DNA from: Candidatus Latescibacterota bacterium | GTDB taxonomy: Bacteria > Latescibacterota > UBA2968 > GCA-2709665 | Assembly: GCA_965222075.1 (NCBI GenBank) | Contig: OZ244937.1 | Coordinates: 896,001-960,000 of the forward strand | Direction: 5' to 3' | DNA length: 64,000 bases | Part shown: piece by piece, positions 1 through 10,710 of the stretch | How positions within the stretch are numbered: position 1 is the stretch's first letter | Layout of the letters: each line of letters starts with the position of its first letter | Program-made: the position numbers and the translations under genes | Notes under the pieces: generated by a model | What the model saw: the letters and a program-made list of their open reading frames with translations, nothing else | Databases searched by the model: none | Told to the model about the DNA's origin: nothing

Positions 1-37
1 AAGGCGGTTTAATCGTTTTCGCGCATTTTTGGAGGGG

Positions 38-66
38 TTGACAAGGTCTGTTGGGGTGTGTATTTT
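38..66 (+). promoter_or_regulatory. sigma70-type promoter
   Basis: TTGACA-N17-TATTTT upstream of the AAGGAG RBS of the 107 ORF. Confidence 0.6.
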
Positions 67-106
67 GACGGAATTGGATCAGATCCTGTCGCCATAAGAA
101 AAGGAG

Positions 107-1678
107 TTGAAGGTGCGGAAATTTCTTCTGTTCGCCTTATTGACCTGCTCGACAGTCTTGACAGTGCTGGCGCAGGAGAGCCGGGAGGCCGTGCCGGACG
201 GATTTAACACTTCTGTGTCGGCGATGATGGTGGGCCAAAACGGGTGGAGCGTGGAGCCGCTGTTTACCGTGGGCGAAGCGATCAAGGGGTACCGCCCGCC
301 CGGCATTCTGGACGGGATCGGCGCCCTGGAGATCCGGCCGGGTGTGGTTCGCGTTCTGGTCAACCATGAGTTGGACGCAGAAGATGGATACGCGTACAGG
401 CTTGGAAACGGCACGGAGCTGACCGGCGCGCGTGTGAGCTACTTCGACCTGGACAGGAACACCCGAAGGCTGCTGGATGCGGGTGCGGCCTACCACGGGG
501 CGGTGGACAAGGCCGGCCGGGTGGTCACCGACGCTTCTCAGATCCACGAGGGGGATATCGTGGGGAGTGAAAGGGACGGTTTTGACCGCCTCTGCTCCAG
601 TACCCTGTTCACCGCGGGTGAGTATAGCCTCGTGGACGACGTCTACTTTTGCGGCGAAGAGGTCACCGATGGTTTGGCACAGGCGCTCGACATTCGTGGG
701 TGGACCATCTACGCGCTGCCCTGGCTGGGACGCGGCACCTGGGAGAGCATGACCTTGATGGAGACGGGCGACCCCAATACGGTGGCCGTGCTGATGGGTG
801 ACGACAGGCAGGGGGCGCCGCTGTATCTCTACGTTGGCCGGAAAGGCGAAGGCGGCTTTCTCAAGCGCAATGGGCTGACGGGGGGCGACCTCTACGTTTG
901 GGTTGCGGATAAGGGGGAGAAAACCCCGGAGGATTGGAACGGGACGAACACGAGCCGCGCGGGAAAGTTTGTCAAGATCGACATCTATTCTCCCGGCAAG
1001 GCGGGTATGGCCGGATACGACGAGATGGGCTTTGCGACTCAGGCCACGCAGGACGATCTGATTGACGCGGTGGGCGGCTTTCGTTTCTCGCGCCCGGAGG
1101 ATGTGTCGACGAATCCGGAGGATGGCACGCAGGCGGTGATGGCCTCAACCGGGCGGGGAAGCCTGTATCCCTCCGATGACTGGGGTACGGTCTACCTCAT
1201 TGACGCGGACTTCAGCAAGATGACGGCCACGATCCGCATCCCCTACGATGGCGACGATGCGGGCGGCGGGCAATTCACGCACCCGGACTTTGGCCTGCGC
1301 AGCCCGGACAACCTGGACTGGGCGGGTAACAGGATGATCTACATTCAGGAGGACCGGTCCACGGAGAATGCGACTTTCGGCGGGGTCAGCGGCATTGAGG
1401 CGTCCCTGTGGGAACTGAACCCTGTCACGGGGAAGCTGAAGCGGGTTGCTGTGATGAACCGCTCGGTGCTGCCTCCCGGGCAGACGGATTCGGACCCGGG
1501 CGACCTGGGCGACTGGGAGTCGTCGGGGGTGCTGGATGTGACGCGTTTTTTCACCACTGCGCCCGGCGAGGTTCTGCTGATTGGCAATGTGCAGGCGCAC
1601 AGCGTGCGGGATGGGGCTATTGAGACGTATAATCTCGTTCAGGGCGGGCAGATGGTTTTCTACTCCTTAAAGCGATAA
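107..1678 (+). CDS. Secreted PhoX/DUF839-family alkaline phosphatase-like beta-propeller protein
   Basis: Signal peptide (..VLA/QE); motifs VNHE, RLCS, GEE, RPED, PDNL, IQED, WESSG, VQAH typical of PhoX/DUF839. Confidence 0.75.
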   Translation: MKVRKFLLFALLTCSTVLTVLAQESREAVPDGFNTSVSAMMVGQNGWSVEPLFTVGEAIKGYRPPGILDGIGALEIRPGVVRVLVNHELDAEDGYAYRLGNGTELTGARVSYFDLDRNTRRLLDAGAAYHGAVDKAGRVVTDASQIHEGDIVGSERDGFDRLCSSTLFTAGEYSLVDDVYFCGEEVTDGLAQALDIRGWTIYALPWLGRGTWESMTLMETGDPNTVAVLMGDDRQGAPLYLYVGRKGEGGFLKRNGLTGGDLYVWVADKGEKTPEDWNGTNTSRAGKFVKIDIYSPGKAGMAGYDEMGFATQATQDDLIDAVGGFRFSRPEDVSTNPEDGTQAVMASTGRGSLYPSDDWGTVYLIDADFSKMTATIRIPYDGDDAGGGQFTHPDFGLRSPDNLDWAGNRMIYIQEDRSTENATFGGVSGIEASLWELNPVTGKLKRVAVMNRSVLPPGQTDSDPGDLGDWESSGVLDVTRFFTTAPGEVLLIGNVQAHSVRDGAIETYNLVQGGQMVFYSLKR

Positions 1679-1692
1679 TTTCCGAAGCGGTT

Positions 1693-4425
1693 ATGGTAGA
1701 CACAAGATTGAATCGAAGGTCAAAAAACGGGATACGCAGGACGCTGGTGGTGCATAACCGCTACGCGCGGCGATGGTATCAGACGCAAGCCGCAATTGAA
1801 GGTGAACAGGGGCTGCTGATTGTAACGATCGAAGAGCTTGCCGCCCGGCTTGCGGGCGGTTTCCTCCGGTCCATCCGCGCCGATACCCTCAAGGCCACGG
1901 TAGGGGAGGCCGCTGCCGCCAGGTCGCTTGGAGAACTTGACAAGATCAAGGAACTGCCGGGGTTTCAACGTGCGGCGGCGGCCAGTTTGTCAAAGGCATG
2001 GAGCGCCGGTTTGACGCTGGATGAGAAAACGAAGGCTCGGAAAGAAGAGACGGGGACAGCGCGCATTGGCTCACTGGTGACTCTTGAACGAGAAGTGCGG
2101 CTGCGGTTGCCGAAAAATCAGATCCCGCCAGGCGAACTGGTGGAGGCGGCGCTCAAACGTGTGGGTCATGCCCCTTCAATCTTCGGCCGCATTGAGATCC
2201 ACGGCCGAACCGAGATGTCGCCGGTGTGGAGGGAGTTGTTATCACGGATTAGCCGGCAAACGGACGTGGTCTGGGTGGCTGAAGCCCGGCAGACGCCGGA
2301 TTGGCTGCCGAGATCGGGTATCGCGGTGGAGACGACGCCAGCGTCGGATCCCGGGATCCGGGCCGTGTCGTGTGCCAGTCCGCGTCACGAAATTCTGGAA
2401 GCCCTGCGGTGGGCCCGGCAGCATCTTGCAGAAGGAGCGGCCTCCTACCAGATTGCGATCACGGCGGCATCACCCGCGTTGTGGGATGACCACATGCTGG
2501 CCCTGGCCGACGCCGCGAATCTGCCGCTCCACTTCATTCATGGCCGGCCGGCGCTTTCCACGGCGGAGGGGCAGCTTGCCGCGGCGCTCGCCGAAATCCT
2601 CCTGCGCGGCTTTTCCCGCTCGCGCATGGTCCGTTTCGTGGCGCTCCTTCGCTCGTGCGGCAAGCGCTTCAGCCCATTGGAGGGCGACTGGTGGGAGGCC
2701 TTGCCGGACGACGCCCCATTGCTTACCGCGGACCGTTGGGAAAAGGCCATAGCCGCATTGGCGCCGAAGGATTTCGCCGACGGTAACGACCACCGGCCAC
2801 TGCTGCAAGAAATTATCGAGACACTGCGCCACGGCCTGGAGAAAGCGGCAGAGATAGGCGAGGGCCTTCTGGAAGGAAAGGAGGCGCTTGCGATTTGGCA
2901 TAAGGCGCTGTCGGAGGGACCACCGGCCGCGCTGGACGTGACCCTTTCCGAGCTGCGAGTTCCTGACGGGGTCGAGCCCGGCGCCGCCATCGTCTGGGGG
3001 CCCGCATCGGCGATCGCTGCCGTCCCCCGCCCTCTTTGCTGGCTCGTCGGCCTCACCTCGCGCTCCTGGCCCCGGCGCGCCAGTGAGGACCCGCTTCTTC
3101 CCAACCACGTCATTGCGGCGGAGCGTCTGGATCCCCTGCCGGTTCACGAAGCGGACCGCCGCGACTTCAGCACCATCCGCAAGATGACGGACCGCCAGGT
3201 CGTCTGTTCGCGGGCGCGGCGCGATAGCGAAGGACGGCTCAACGGTGTTTCGCCCCTTTATCCGCAAGATATCGACGAAGCTTACCTCGCCCAAAGCCGG
3301 GAGCCGGAGCATGCCGCAAGCGCGGGCGACCGCCTGATGGCAAGACCCGACGAATTCGCCGTGCTGCCACGCGCCAGGTCCGCCATTGAGACCTGGATGG
3401 ATTGGCGCAAGAACAAGCTTACCATCCACGACGGCCGGGTAAGGGCCCATCACCCCCTGTTGCTTCGGGCCCTCGACCGTCGGCAATCCGCGAGTTCGCT
3501 GGTCAGGCTGCTCTGTGATCCCCTGGGATATCTGTGGACTTATGGTTTCGGATGGAAGGCGCCCGACGAAACGGATGAGCCGCTGACGCTTGATGCACTC
3601 GCGTTCGGCAACCTGTTGCACGACATTCTCGAAGAAGCCGTAACCCAAATGGAAGGCGCCGAAGCCAGCGGGTTTGCCAGCGCTTCGAATGACGCGATCA
3701 AACACGCCGTAACAGAGGCTGTGAATACCGTTGCAAACCGATGGGTGGATACGCGGCCCGTGCCGCCTCCCGTGGTCTGGGATTGTAAGTGCAGCGAGGC
3801 GATGGAACTGGCCACGACCGCGTTGACGCGTGCCGAAACGCCCCTGCCGGGGCAGCGCAGCTGGGCCGAAATCCCGTTCGGCGCCGACAGGCGTGCTGAA
3901 GCCCTCAGCGAAGGCGCCCGCGCCCGGCTGCCGTGGGACCCTATGGCGCCAGTCCGCATTGCAGGCACGGCAGTGCGGATCGGTGGGTCCATCGATCGGC
4001 TTGACCTTGCAGGTGACCGAAGCCGCGCTCGCGTCACGGATTACAAGTCGGGCAAGCAGCCGAAATCACCGCCTCAGATCAAGGGCGGCGCGGAATTGCA
4101 ACGGTGCTTTTACGCGTTCGCGGTTAAGTCGCTTATCGCCACGCAGCCCAAGGTGGAGGCGCGCCTGCTCTATCCGCGCAGCGGCGATCAGGCGCTGGCC
4201 CTTGATGACACGGAAGGGACACTGGCAAGGCTGGCGGAATATCTGGATGCGGCCACGGCCTTATTTGCCCAGGGGAAAGTGTTACCCGGTCCTTCCGCGG
4301 ATGAGAGTTGGTACGATTTGGTCTTCGCGCTTCCGGGGGGCGCGATGGAAAGATACCTCGAGAGAAAACGGCCATTGGTGGATGCGGCTCTCGCCCCGCT
4401 CTCAGACCTGTGGGAGGAGCCCTGA
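1693..4425 (+). CDS. AddB/RexB-like protein: degenerate helicase scaffold plus C-terminal PD-(D/E)XK nuclease
   Basis: 910 aa, no Walker A; C-terminal FGNLLHDILE, GSIDRLD, VTDYKSG, ELQRCFY (RecB-family nuclease motifs). Confidence 0.8.
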   Translation: MVDTRLNRRSKNGIRRTLVVHNRYARRWYQTQAAIEGEQGLLIVTIEELAARLAGGFLRSIRADTLKATVGEAAAARSLGELDKIKELPGFQRAAAASLSKAWSAGLTLDEKTKARKEETGTARIGSLVTLEREVRLRLPKNQIPPGELVEAALKRVGHAPSIFGRIEIHGRTEMSPVWRELLSRISRQTDVVWVAEARQTPDWLPRSGIAVETTPASDPGIRAVSCASPRHEILEALRWARQHLAEGAASYQIAITAASPALWDDHMLALADAANLPLHFIHGRPALSTAEGQLAAALAEILLRGFSRSRMVRFVALLRSCGKRFSPLEGDWWEALPDDAPLLTADRWEKAIAALAPKDFADGNDHRPLLQEIIETLRHGLEKAAEIGEGLLEGKEALAIWHKALSEGPPAALDVTLSELRVPDGVEPGAAIVWGPASAIAAVPRPLCWLVGLTSRSWPRRASEDPLLPNHVIAAERLDPLPVHEADRRDFSTIRKMTDRQVVCSRARRDSEGRLNGVSPLYPQDIDEAYLAQSREPEHAASAGDRLMARPDEFAVLPRARSAIETWMDWRKNKLTIHDGRVRAHHPLLLRALDRRQSASSLVRLLCDPLGYLWTYGFGWKAPDETDEPLTLDALAFGNLLHDILEEAVTQMEGAEASGFASASNDAIKHAVTEAVNTVANRWVDTRPVPPPVVWDCKCSEAMELATTALTRAETPLPGQRSWAEIPFGADRRAEALSEGARARLPWDPMAPVRIAGTAVRIGGSIDRLDLAGDRSRARVTDYKSGKQPKSPPQIKGGAELQRCFYAFAVKSLIATQPKVEARLLYPRSGDQALALDDTEGTLARLAEYLDAATALFAQGKVLPGPSADESWYDLVFALPGGAMERYLERKRPLVDAALAPLSDLWEEP

Positions 4426-4426
4426 G

Positions 4427-7400
4427 ATGGCATGTGATCGCCTACATGCCCCACGCGCCGATGTCAGGGCGCGTATCGAGGCGCTGACGCATCACGAGCG
4501 CACCCTCCTCGTCGAGGCGGGCGCCGGCAGCGGAAAGACGACGCTCATGGCCGGCCGCGTGGCGCTGCTCGTCGCTGCCGGCATCGCTCCGAAGCACATT
4601 GCCGCCATTACGTTCACCGAGGCGGCGGCCGCTGAGCTTCTGGAACGCATAGAGAGCATAGTAAAGGATTTTCGATCCGGCACCGTGCCTGCCGAGCTTA
4701 AAACGGCGCTGCCGACCGGTCTGAGCGATGCGCAGCGTGCCAATCTTAAGATAGGCGCCAATGCTCTCGACGAATTGACCTGCACCACCATCCATGGCTT
4801 TTGCCAGAAACTGATCGCGCCCTATCCCGTGGAGACGGGCCACGATCCCGGCGCCGCAATTATCGACCCGGCCAATGCGGAACTCGCCTATCACGACCTG
4901 ATGGAGGCGTGGCTTTCAGCGCGGTTCGGACGGGACCGGAGCAAAGATGGCCTGGGACGCATACCACCGATTAAGAATGCCGGCACCACAGAGGAGGATT
5001 TCTTCACCGCACTCTTACTGAAGCGGACCGATGACACGCTGGACTTGATAAAGGGCACGGCACAATTTCTCAAGGAACACCGGACAGCGGGGGCGGCCGA
5101 TTCCGAAATCGATCATGGGGGATTTGGCAAATTCGTTAACGCCGTCTCCGCGTTTGCCGCCTGGTATGACAACTGTGGCATTGAAGAACCGGACACTGCC
5201 GCCCTGATTGAGGATCTCCGGTCTGTCGCAGAAAACGTGGGCAAGCTGACTGCGCATCCTATCTCGGGAAAATGCCTCGCGGAACTGCTCTTCCATCCGC
5301 CGCCGTCAGCCTGCAAGAAAGGACAAAGGCAGTTCAAGCAGTGGCAGGCCAAGACAAAGTGGAAAGAAGCGGTGAGAGCCGCGGGTGGGGGCGTTGCGCA
5401 GGGCGAGCAACTCTACGCTGCCGGTCAAGCGCTTTATGGCGAGTGCGCCCAGGTATATAGCGACTTTTGCGACGCTCTCGGCGCGCTCGCGTTTGAACGA
5501 TTTATTGTCGAGTTTGATGTGCTCCGAGAACTGTACCGGGACTACAAGCGCAACGCCGCTCTTCTCGATTTCGACGACCTGTTGTATAAGGCCTGTGATC
5601 TCCTCCGAAATAACGAAGCGGTACGCAAGGCCCTGGCAGGCCGCTATTCACACATCCTGGTTGATGAATTTCAGGACACCGATCCCCTGCAGGCCGAGAT
5701 CATTTGGCGGCTGGCCGGCGAGGGCCGCTCGCAAACACCCTGGCAGGATCGCGCCATTCGTCCGGGCGCGCTGTTTCTTGTCGGCGACCCGAAGCAGGCG
5801 ATCTATCGGTTCCGCGGCGCGGACGTGAAAATCTACCTTATGGCCAAGGATGCGCTTTCAAAAAGGGACCCGGCATCCATTCTGAGTATCACGGCCAACT
5901 TCCGGTCGCGGGAACCCATCCTGAGTTACGTCAACGAGCATTTCGAGGGGATGCTTGATGAGACGCGGGGGCAGCCCGGTTTCACGGCGCTGACCGCAAC
6001 ACGCTCAGCAGGCGATGAAACCAGTGTTGCGGCCCTTGATATTACACTGGACGACGGGCATAAGAACGCCAAAGGGAACCTGCTCACGAATAAAGTCCGC
6101 GAGGAGGAAGCCAGGGTCGTCGCCGATACCGTGAAGAAGCTGATCGGATCTTATCCTGTCTATGACAAGGATGAGAAGAAATCACGGTGCGCGCAGCCCA
6201 GCGATATCGCCCTGCTCGCCCCGACCGGGACCAGCCTGTGGATCTACGAGCAGGCCCTGGAGAGCAGCGACATTCCTATCGCCACGCAGGCGGGCAAGGG
6301 CTTCTTTCGACGGCAGGAAGTTCAGGATCTGATCGCGGTCGCCAGGACAGTCGCGGATGCCCGCGACACGCTGGCGTTCGGCGCCTTAATCCGGGGGCCG
6401 CTGGTCGGTCTCTCCGAAGAGCAGATCGCCGATGAGGTGGAGGCGCTGCATGGCGAAGCGGACGGCGCCGGCTATCTCAACGTGAGGACCGATCCCCGGC
6501 TGGTCCGCAGCGACGTGCTGCGGCATACGCTGACGGTGCTGCAAAATCTGGTACGGAAAGGCCGCCGGACAACGCCCTACCACCTGCTCGCAGAAGCGAT
6601 CGAAGCGCTTCACGTGCGTCCGATCTTGAAAGCGCGTCATCCGCGGGGCGCCGAGCGCGCGCTCGCCAACGTTGAACTCGTGCTGGAGATGGCGCGGGCT
6701 TATGCCGGGCGGGGCATCGGGGACTTTGCCCGTGCGCTTTGGCAGCGCTGGAACGACGGCGACACCCAGGTGGAAGGCCGCCCCGACGCCGCGGCGGATG
6801 CCGTTTCGATCATCACCATACATTCGGCCAAGGGCCTGGAATGGCCCATCGTGATTCCCATCAATTCAACCACCAGGCCTACGACACAAACAAAGTTCCT
6901 TTATCGGCGGCGGGACGACAGTGTCCACTTTAAGATATTCGACTTTCCAGGCCCTGAATATGAAAGGGTCAAGCTGGAAGAAAACGCGGAACTCAGATAC
7001 GAACGCGTCCGCCTCTGGTACGTCGCGCTGACCCGCGCACGGGACCTGCTGCTGCTGCCCAGGCAGAACGAACGCATCAAAGGCGACTGGCTGAGCCTCA
7101 TCAACATCGATATCGAGTCGCTGTCACGTTTCGATACCCAGGGGTTTGACGGAACGCCGGTGTCCCCGGATGTCACCAGTCCGAATGTTCAGGACGCGGC
7201 GGCCTGGAAGCGCGAGGCAACGGTCATCGCCGCCAACCAGCGGCGGATATCCTGGCACCGGCCCAGCCGGCATGATGACGCGTTGGAGCCCGAAGAAGAG
7301 CCGGTGGCCGTGTTTGCAAATATTGACGCAAGCCTCGAAGCCACCGCTGAAGCGGCCGACGCGCCCCCTGTCCGGGGCGGACTGAGCCGCGGCCTGATTC

Positions 7401-7867
7401 TGCACAAGCTGATGGAGGAAGTGCTCACCGGAGAGACGGCGGGGGACGCAGGCCCCTTACAAGCGCGTGCCGCCGAGCTCATCGTCCAACAGCAACTTGA
7501 GGATTCCCAGGATGAGTCGGCGGGGCCGTCCAGCGCCGAAATGGCCGCCACGGTCGTGCGTACGCTGCAACTCCCGGAGATTGCGGCCCTGCGTCCGCGG
7601 CTGGTTCCTGAGTTCTATGTCTACGCAAGCGCCATCAAAGGCCCGACGATGTCAATTACAGCGGGCATCGCCGACGCCGTCGCCATCGATGAAGATGGCC
7701 AAATCGACGTGGTGGTGGACTGGAAGAGCGACGTGAACCGCAGGGCGAGTCAGATCGCAATGTACCGCAAACAGGTTCGCGACTACCTGAAGGCAACCGC
7801 AGCGGAAACCGGGCTCATCGTGTTCCTCGGTTCGGATCACATCGAAACGGTCGTGCCGGGAGATTAG
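4427..7867 (+). CDS. AddA/UvrD-like SF1 helicase with C-terminal RecB-family nuclease
   Basis: ATG 4427 after GGAGGAG, so the ORF-track start at 3830 is spurious; EAGAGSGKTT, LVDEFQDT, VGDPKQAIYRFRGA, TIHSAKGLE, YVALTRAR; nuclease GIADAV..VDWKS. Confidence 0.88.
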   Translation: MACDRLHAPRADVRARIEALTHHERTLLVEAGAGSGKTTLMAGRVALLVAAGIAPKHIAAITFTEAAAAELLERIESIVKDFRSGTVPAELKTALPTGLSDAQRANLKIGANALDELTCTTIHGFCQKLIAPYPVETGHDPGAAIIDPANAELAYHDLMEAWLSARFGRDRSKDGLGRIPPIKNAGTTEEDFFTALLLKRTDDTLDLIKGTAQFLKEHRTAGAADSEIDHGGFGKFVNAVSAFAAWYDNCGIEEPDTAALIEDLRSVAENVGKLTAHPISGKCLAELLFHPPPSACKKGQRQFKQWQAKTKWKEAVRAAGGGVAQGEQLYAAGQALYGECAQVYSDFCDALGALAFERFIVEFDVLRELYRDYKRNAALLDFDDLLYKACDLLRNNEAVRKALAGRYSHILVDEFQDTDPLQAEIIWRLAGEGRSQTPWQDRAIRPGALFLVGDPKQAIYRFRGADVKIYLMAKDALSKRDPASILSITANFRSREPILSYVNEHFEGMLDETRGQPGFTALTATRSAGDETSVAALDITLDDGHKNAKGNLLTNKVREEEARVVADTVKKLIGSYPVYDKDEKKSRCAQPSDIALLAPTGTSLWIYEQALESSDIPIATQAGKGFFRRQEVQDLIAVARTVADARDTLAFGALIRGPLVGLSEEQIADEVEALHGEADGAGYLNVRTDPRLVRSDVLRHTLTVLQNLVRKGRRTTPYHLLAEAIEALHVRPILKARHPRGAERALANVELVLEMARAYAGRGIGDFARALWQRWNDGDTQVEGRPDAAADAVSIITIHSAKGLEWPIVIPINSTTRPTTQTKFLYRRRDDSVHFKIFDFPGPEYERVKLEENAELRYERVRLWYVALTRARDLLLLPRQNERIKGDWLSLINIDIESLSRFDTQGFDGTPVSPDVTSPNVQDAAAWKREATVIAANQRRISWHRPSRHDDALEPEEEPVAVFANIDASLEATAEAADAPPVRGGLSRGLILHKLMEEVLTGETAGDAGPLQARAAELIVQQQLEDSQDESAGPSSAEMAATVVRTLQLPEIAALRPRLVPEFYVYASAIKGPTMSITAGIADAVAIDEDGQIDVVVDWKSDVNRRASQIAMYRKQVRDYLKATAAETGLIVFLGSDHIETVVPGD

Positions 7868-8259
7868 ACGGCCAATCCGGATGAGGTTCGACCGGAAGTC
7901 GCGCTGGCCGAGGGACGGCGCTATGAGGAAGAGGTTGCGCAGGGTCTTTCGCCGGAAAGATTTCCCTTAAAAGCCAAAGTATCGCAGGAGCGTGGATAGA
8001 GCCCCCTTGCCGACTCGGAAGATAGTTTTTCCACGCCTGCGAGAGCGATATGCAAGAAAATTTAGAGAAGGCGTCCGCTATGCAACGCATCCATGGAGAC
8101 ACGCCGCGATGGGCGGCAGATACAAGATGATCTGGCAAAACGGCGAAAGACCGTGAGAATTGTAGAATGGGAGTTCGTCTCCAACACCATCAATATGTGG
8201 GATCGCTGGCCGCCCGCTGACTTTCTAATCGCGTGTCGCCCGCGTAGGAGAACTTAGCT

Positions 8260-9795
8260 ATGACTACGACATCCAGCGCAAAGCCCCTTGGGCTAACGGT
8301 TTCCAACTTCGGCCCGATCTCCGAGGCGAGCATTGAGTTGCGTCCAATGTCCGTGTTTGTGGGGCCGAGTAACACCGGCAAATCCTATATGGCTGCCCTG
8401 ATTTACGCACTGCATCAGTTTTTCAGCGAGTACTCTCGCAGACTATTTTGGAACAGGGGGCTTAGGACGATTCCGCCACAGGGCCTTAATTTGTCGAAAG
8501 ACGACATAGCAGATCTTTCTGTTTGGGCCAGGGAAACGCTTCCAGGCCTGGAAACTGCCGAACATCAGGGGCTCTTCCCATACGAGTTACCGAAATCTAT
8601 TGCGGCACTGGTACATCCTGTTCTCAACAGTGTCGCACATTTGAGCGAAGATTTGGATAGTGAAATCGTAAGATGTTTTGGGGTAGATAAAGCCAAAAAT
8701 TTGGTTCGATATCCGGATGGTGCCGGAACCGGTTTTTCCCTGTGCGGCAATACCTCAACGGAAACCGGACACAATGATCCTTTCGAGTACAATGTTACGG
8801 TGACAGAGCAAGGGGCTAAAATAGATGCTTCGATTCCGAGCACGATGCCCTTGCAAATCGGTCAGGCTATCAGTTCAAACAGGCGTTTACCCTGGCACTG
8901 GATGGTCGATGAGACAAAGCTGGGAGATGAGGAAAAAGAAATAGTCGCGATTGAATTACTTGGGGTTCTTGCCAGCGACATTGTTTCTGACATCGTCGGG
9001 CCCCTAACTTGTCCCGCTCATTACCTTCCCGCCGACCGAGCCGGCGTCATGCACGCACATCAAGTGGTAGTGCGGTCCTTGATAGCCAGTGCATCGCGGG
9101 CCGCGCTACGACCGGAGTCTCCCATGCCGGTACTTTCCGGGGTTCTTGGCGACTTTTTGGAACAGCTTGTTGCGTTGGCCGATTCACCGCGACGGGCACA
9201 TAAAGAGTACGGTGAGCTCGCCCTGCGTTTGGAACAGGCACTACTGCGCGGAGCCGTGCATGTTGAACAGTCGCCAATCGACTACCCTTCGTTTGTCTAT
9301 CGGCCGAATGGCTGGAAGCAGGATCTGCCATTGATGAATGCGTCATCGATGGTGTCGGAGTTGGCACCTGTAGTGCTGTACCTGCGTCATGTTGTTCAGC
9401 CGGGCGATCTGCTCATCATTGAAGAACCTGAGTCCCACCTGCACCCGGCAATGCAGGTAGAGTTTACCCGCCAACTCGCGGCGGTGGTGCAGTCTGGTAT
9501 CCGAATCATCATTACCACCCATAGCGAATGGGTACTGGAAGAGTTGGCTAATCTGGTTCGCTTAGCGGAAGTTCCCAAGGAGCGGCGCATGGGAATTGGT
9601 GATGAGGATGTCGTGCTCAGTCCCGACCAATTAGGAGCGTGGTTTTTCGAGCCGAGTCCAGAAGGAAGTGGTTCAGTGGTGCGGGAAATTTCGCTCGATA
9701 TCGAGTCGGCGACCTTCCCGGCTGGCTTCGGGTTGGTCACTGAATCCCTCTATAACCGATGGGCGGAAATTTCCGCCCGCATTCAGGAGGGATAA
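8260..9795 (+). CDS. AAA_15/AAA_21 (AbiEii/OLD-like ABC) ATPase
   Basis: NFGPI, GPSNTGKS Walker A, SSMVSEL signature, IIEEPESHLHP Walker B/D-loop, TTHS. Confidence 0.85.
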   Translation: MTTTSSAKPLGLTVSNFGPISEASIELRPMSVFVGPSNTGKSYMAALIYALHQFFSEYSRRLFWNRGLRTIPPQGLNLSKDDIADLSVWARETLPGLETAEHQGLFPYELPKSIAALVHPVLNSVAHLSEDLDSEIVRCFGVDKAKNLVRYPDGAGTGFSLCGNTSTETGHNDPFEYNVTVTEQGAKIDASIPSTMPLQIGQAISSNRRLPWHWMVDETKLGDEEKEIVAIELLGVLASDIVSDIVGPLTCPAHYLPADRAGVMHAHQVVVRSLIASASRAALRPESPMPVLSGVLGDFLEQLVALADSPRRAHKEYGELALRLEQALLRGAVHVEQSPIDYPSFVYRPNGWKQDLPLMNASSMVSELAPVVLYLRHVVQPGDLLIIEEPESHLHPAMQVEFTRQLAAVVQSGIRIIITTHSEWVLEELANLVRLAEVPKERRMGIGDEDVVLSPDQLGAWFFEPSPEGSGSVVREISLDIESATFPAGFGLVTESLYNRWAEISARIQEG

Positions 9796-9970
9796 TGTCA
9801 GTGACGGCAGTAGAAATAGTCAAGAAAAGAACCAACGCGCTGTGCCACGCAACAGTATGCCGTGACGGACGCTGCTCCCTATCGCTGGAGGACGTGCCGG
9901 AGCCGTCTGTTCTAATCAGCCTGGAACACGAGGCAGCGCCGGTTAAAGCCGACCAGGCACGTTGTGACTA
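9795..9970 (+). pseudogene. Truncated small partner gene of the AAA ATPase (likely nuclease-like)
   Basis: TAATG overlap with the ATPase stop; reads MSVTAVE...ARCDY, then unrelated sequence begins. Confidence 0.55.
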
Positions 9971-10381
9971 TGCAAGCCGGATCGGTATTCGTACCTGGAT
10001 ACGCTTTCAACGCCGCATTTCAAGGTAACCAATCGGTGGTTGATTACCTATCGGTTGCTGGATTTTGGGGATTGGTTTGCTTATGATGAGATTGAGGGGG
10101 TTACAGGGCGTCCAACGTCCGGCTTGCTGGGGTTTCTTTTTCGGATTATCGGCGAGGGACGTATTAAACAGTCTCGCATGGCAATTTCAAAGGACGGCGT
10201 CCAGGTGTCTCGAGCGACGGCACAAAAGGGGTTTATGGAAAGGACGACCACAGTGACGGTGTATCCGGATGGGAAGATGGTGAAGGATGTACCGGCAGGC
10301 AGGCCGGATCTGCTGGAACTGGAGAAGCGGATCAAGCAGCCACTGGAGATTGACTATGTGAAGTTACCGGGCGATAGATAG
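9971..10381 (+). pseudogene. 5'-truncated hypothetical gene
   Basis: Frame of ORF 10040-10381 stays open back to ~9971 (DRYSYLDTLSTPHFKVTNRW...) with no proper start, and abuts the previous truncation. Confidence 0.5.
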
Positions 10382-10389
10382 GGAATAAG

Positions 10390-10710
10390 ATGCGCATTGT
10401 CCACGTCAACCAGTTCTTTATACCCGGACTGAGCTATCAGGAAAATATCCTGCCTCACGAACAGGCAAAATTGGGACACGAGGTGTGGATCCTGACGAGC
10501 GACCGCCTGCCAAACCCGAACAAGTACCCTGGTTCTCAAGGCCGGCTTCCCCAGGGTATAGTGAGAGAAAATTCCGCGTTAAAGGCTCCGGAACCCGCCT
10601 GCCTGAGTGTCGACCGCGTAGGGGCCGAGGCAGCGTGCCCTGGGGTGTTTGCCAGGGCGGGTGGGCACACTTCTTACTTATTCTACCACCCTGTGGTTGG
10701 GATTGCATAA
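10390..10710 (+). pseudogene. GT4 glycosyltransferase N-terminal fragment
   Basis: MRIVHVNQFF..YQEN...KLGHEVWILTSDR GT-B start, then degenerate. Confidence 0.6.

Noticed and set aside
3830-4426. N-terminal 199 aa of the 1345-aa ORF
   Set aside because: It overlaps the upstream nuclease gene in another frame; the RBS and helicase motifs place the start at 4427.
7870-8255. Intergenic ORFs or ncRNA between the helicase and the ATPase
   Set aside because: No recognisable structure or coding signal.
10292-10306. CCGGCAGGCAGGCCGG as another palindromic-element copy
   Set aside because: Only half the motif, and it reads as ordinary coding sequence (DVPAGRPDL).
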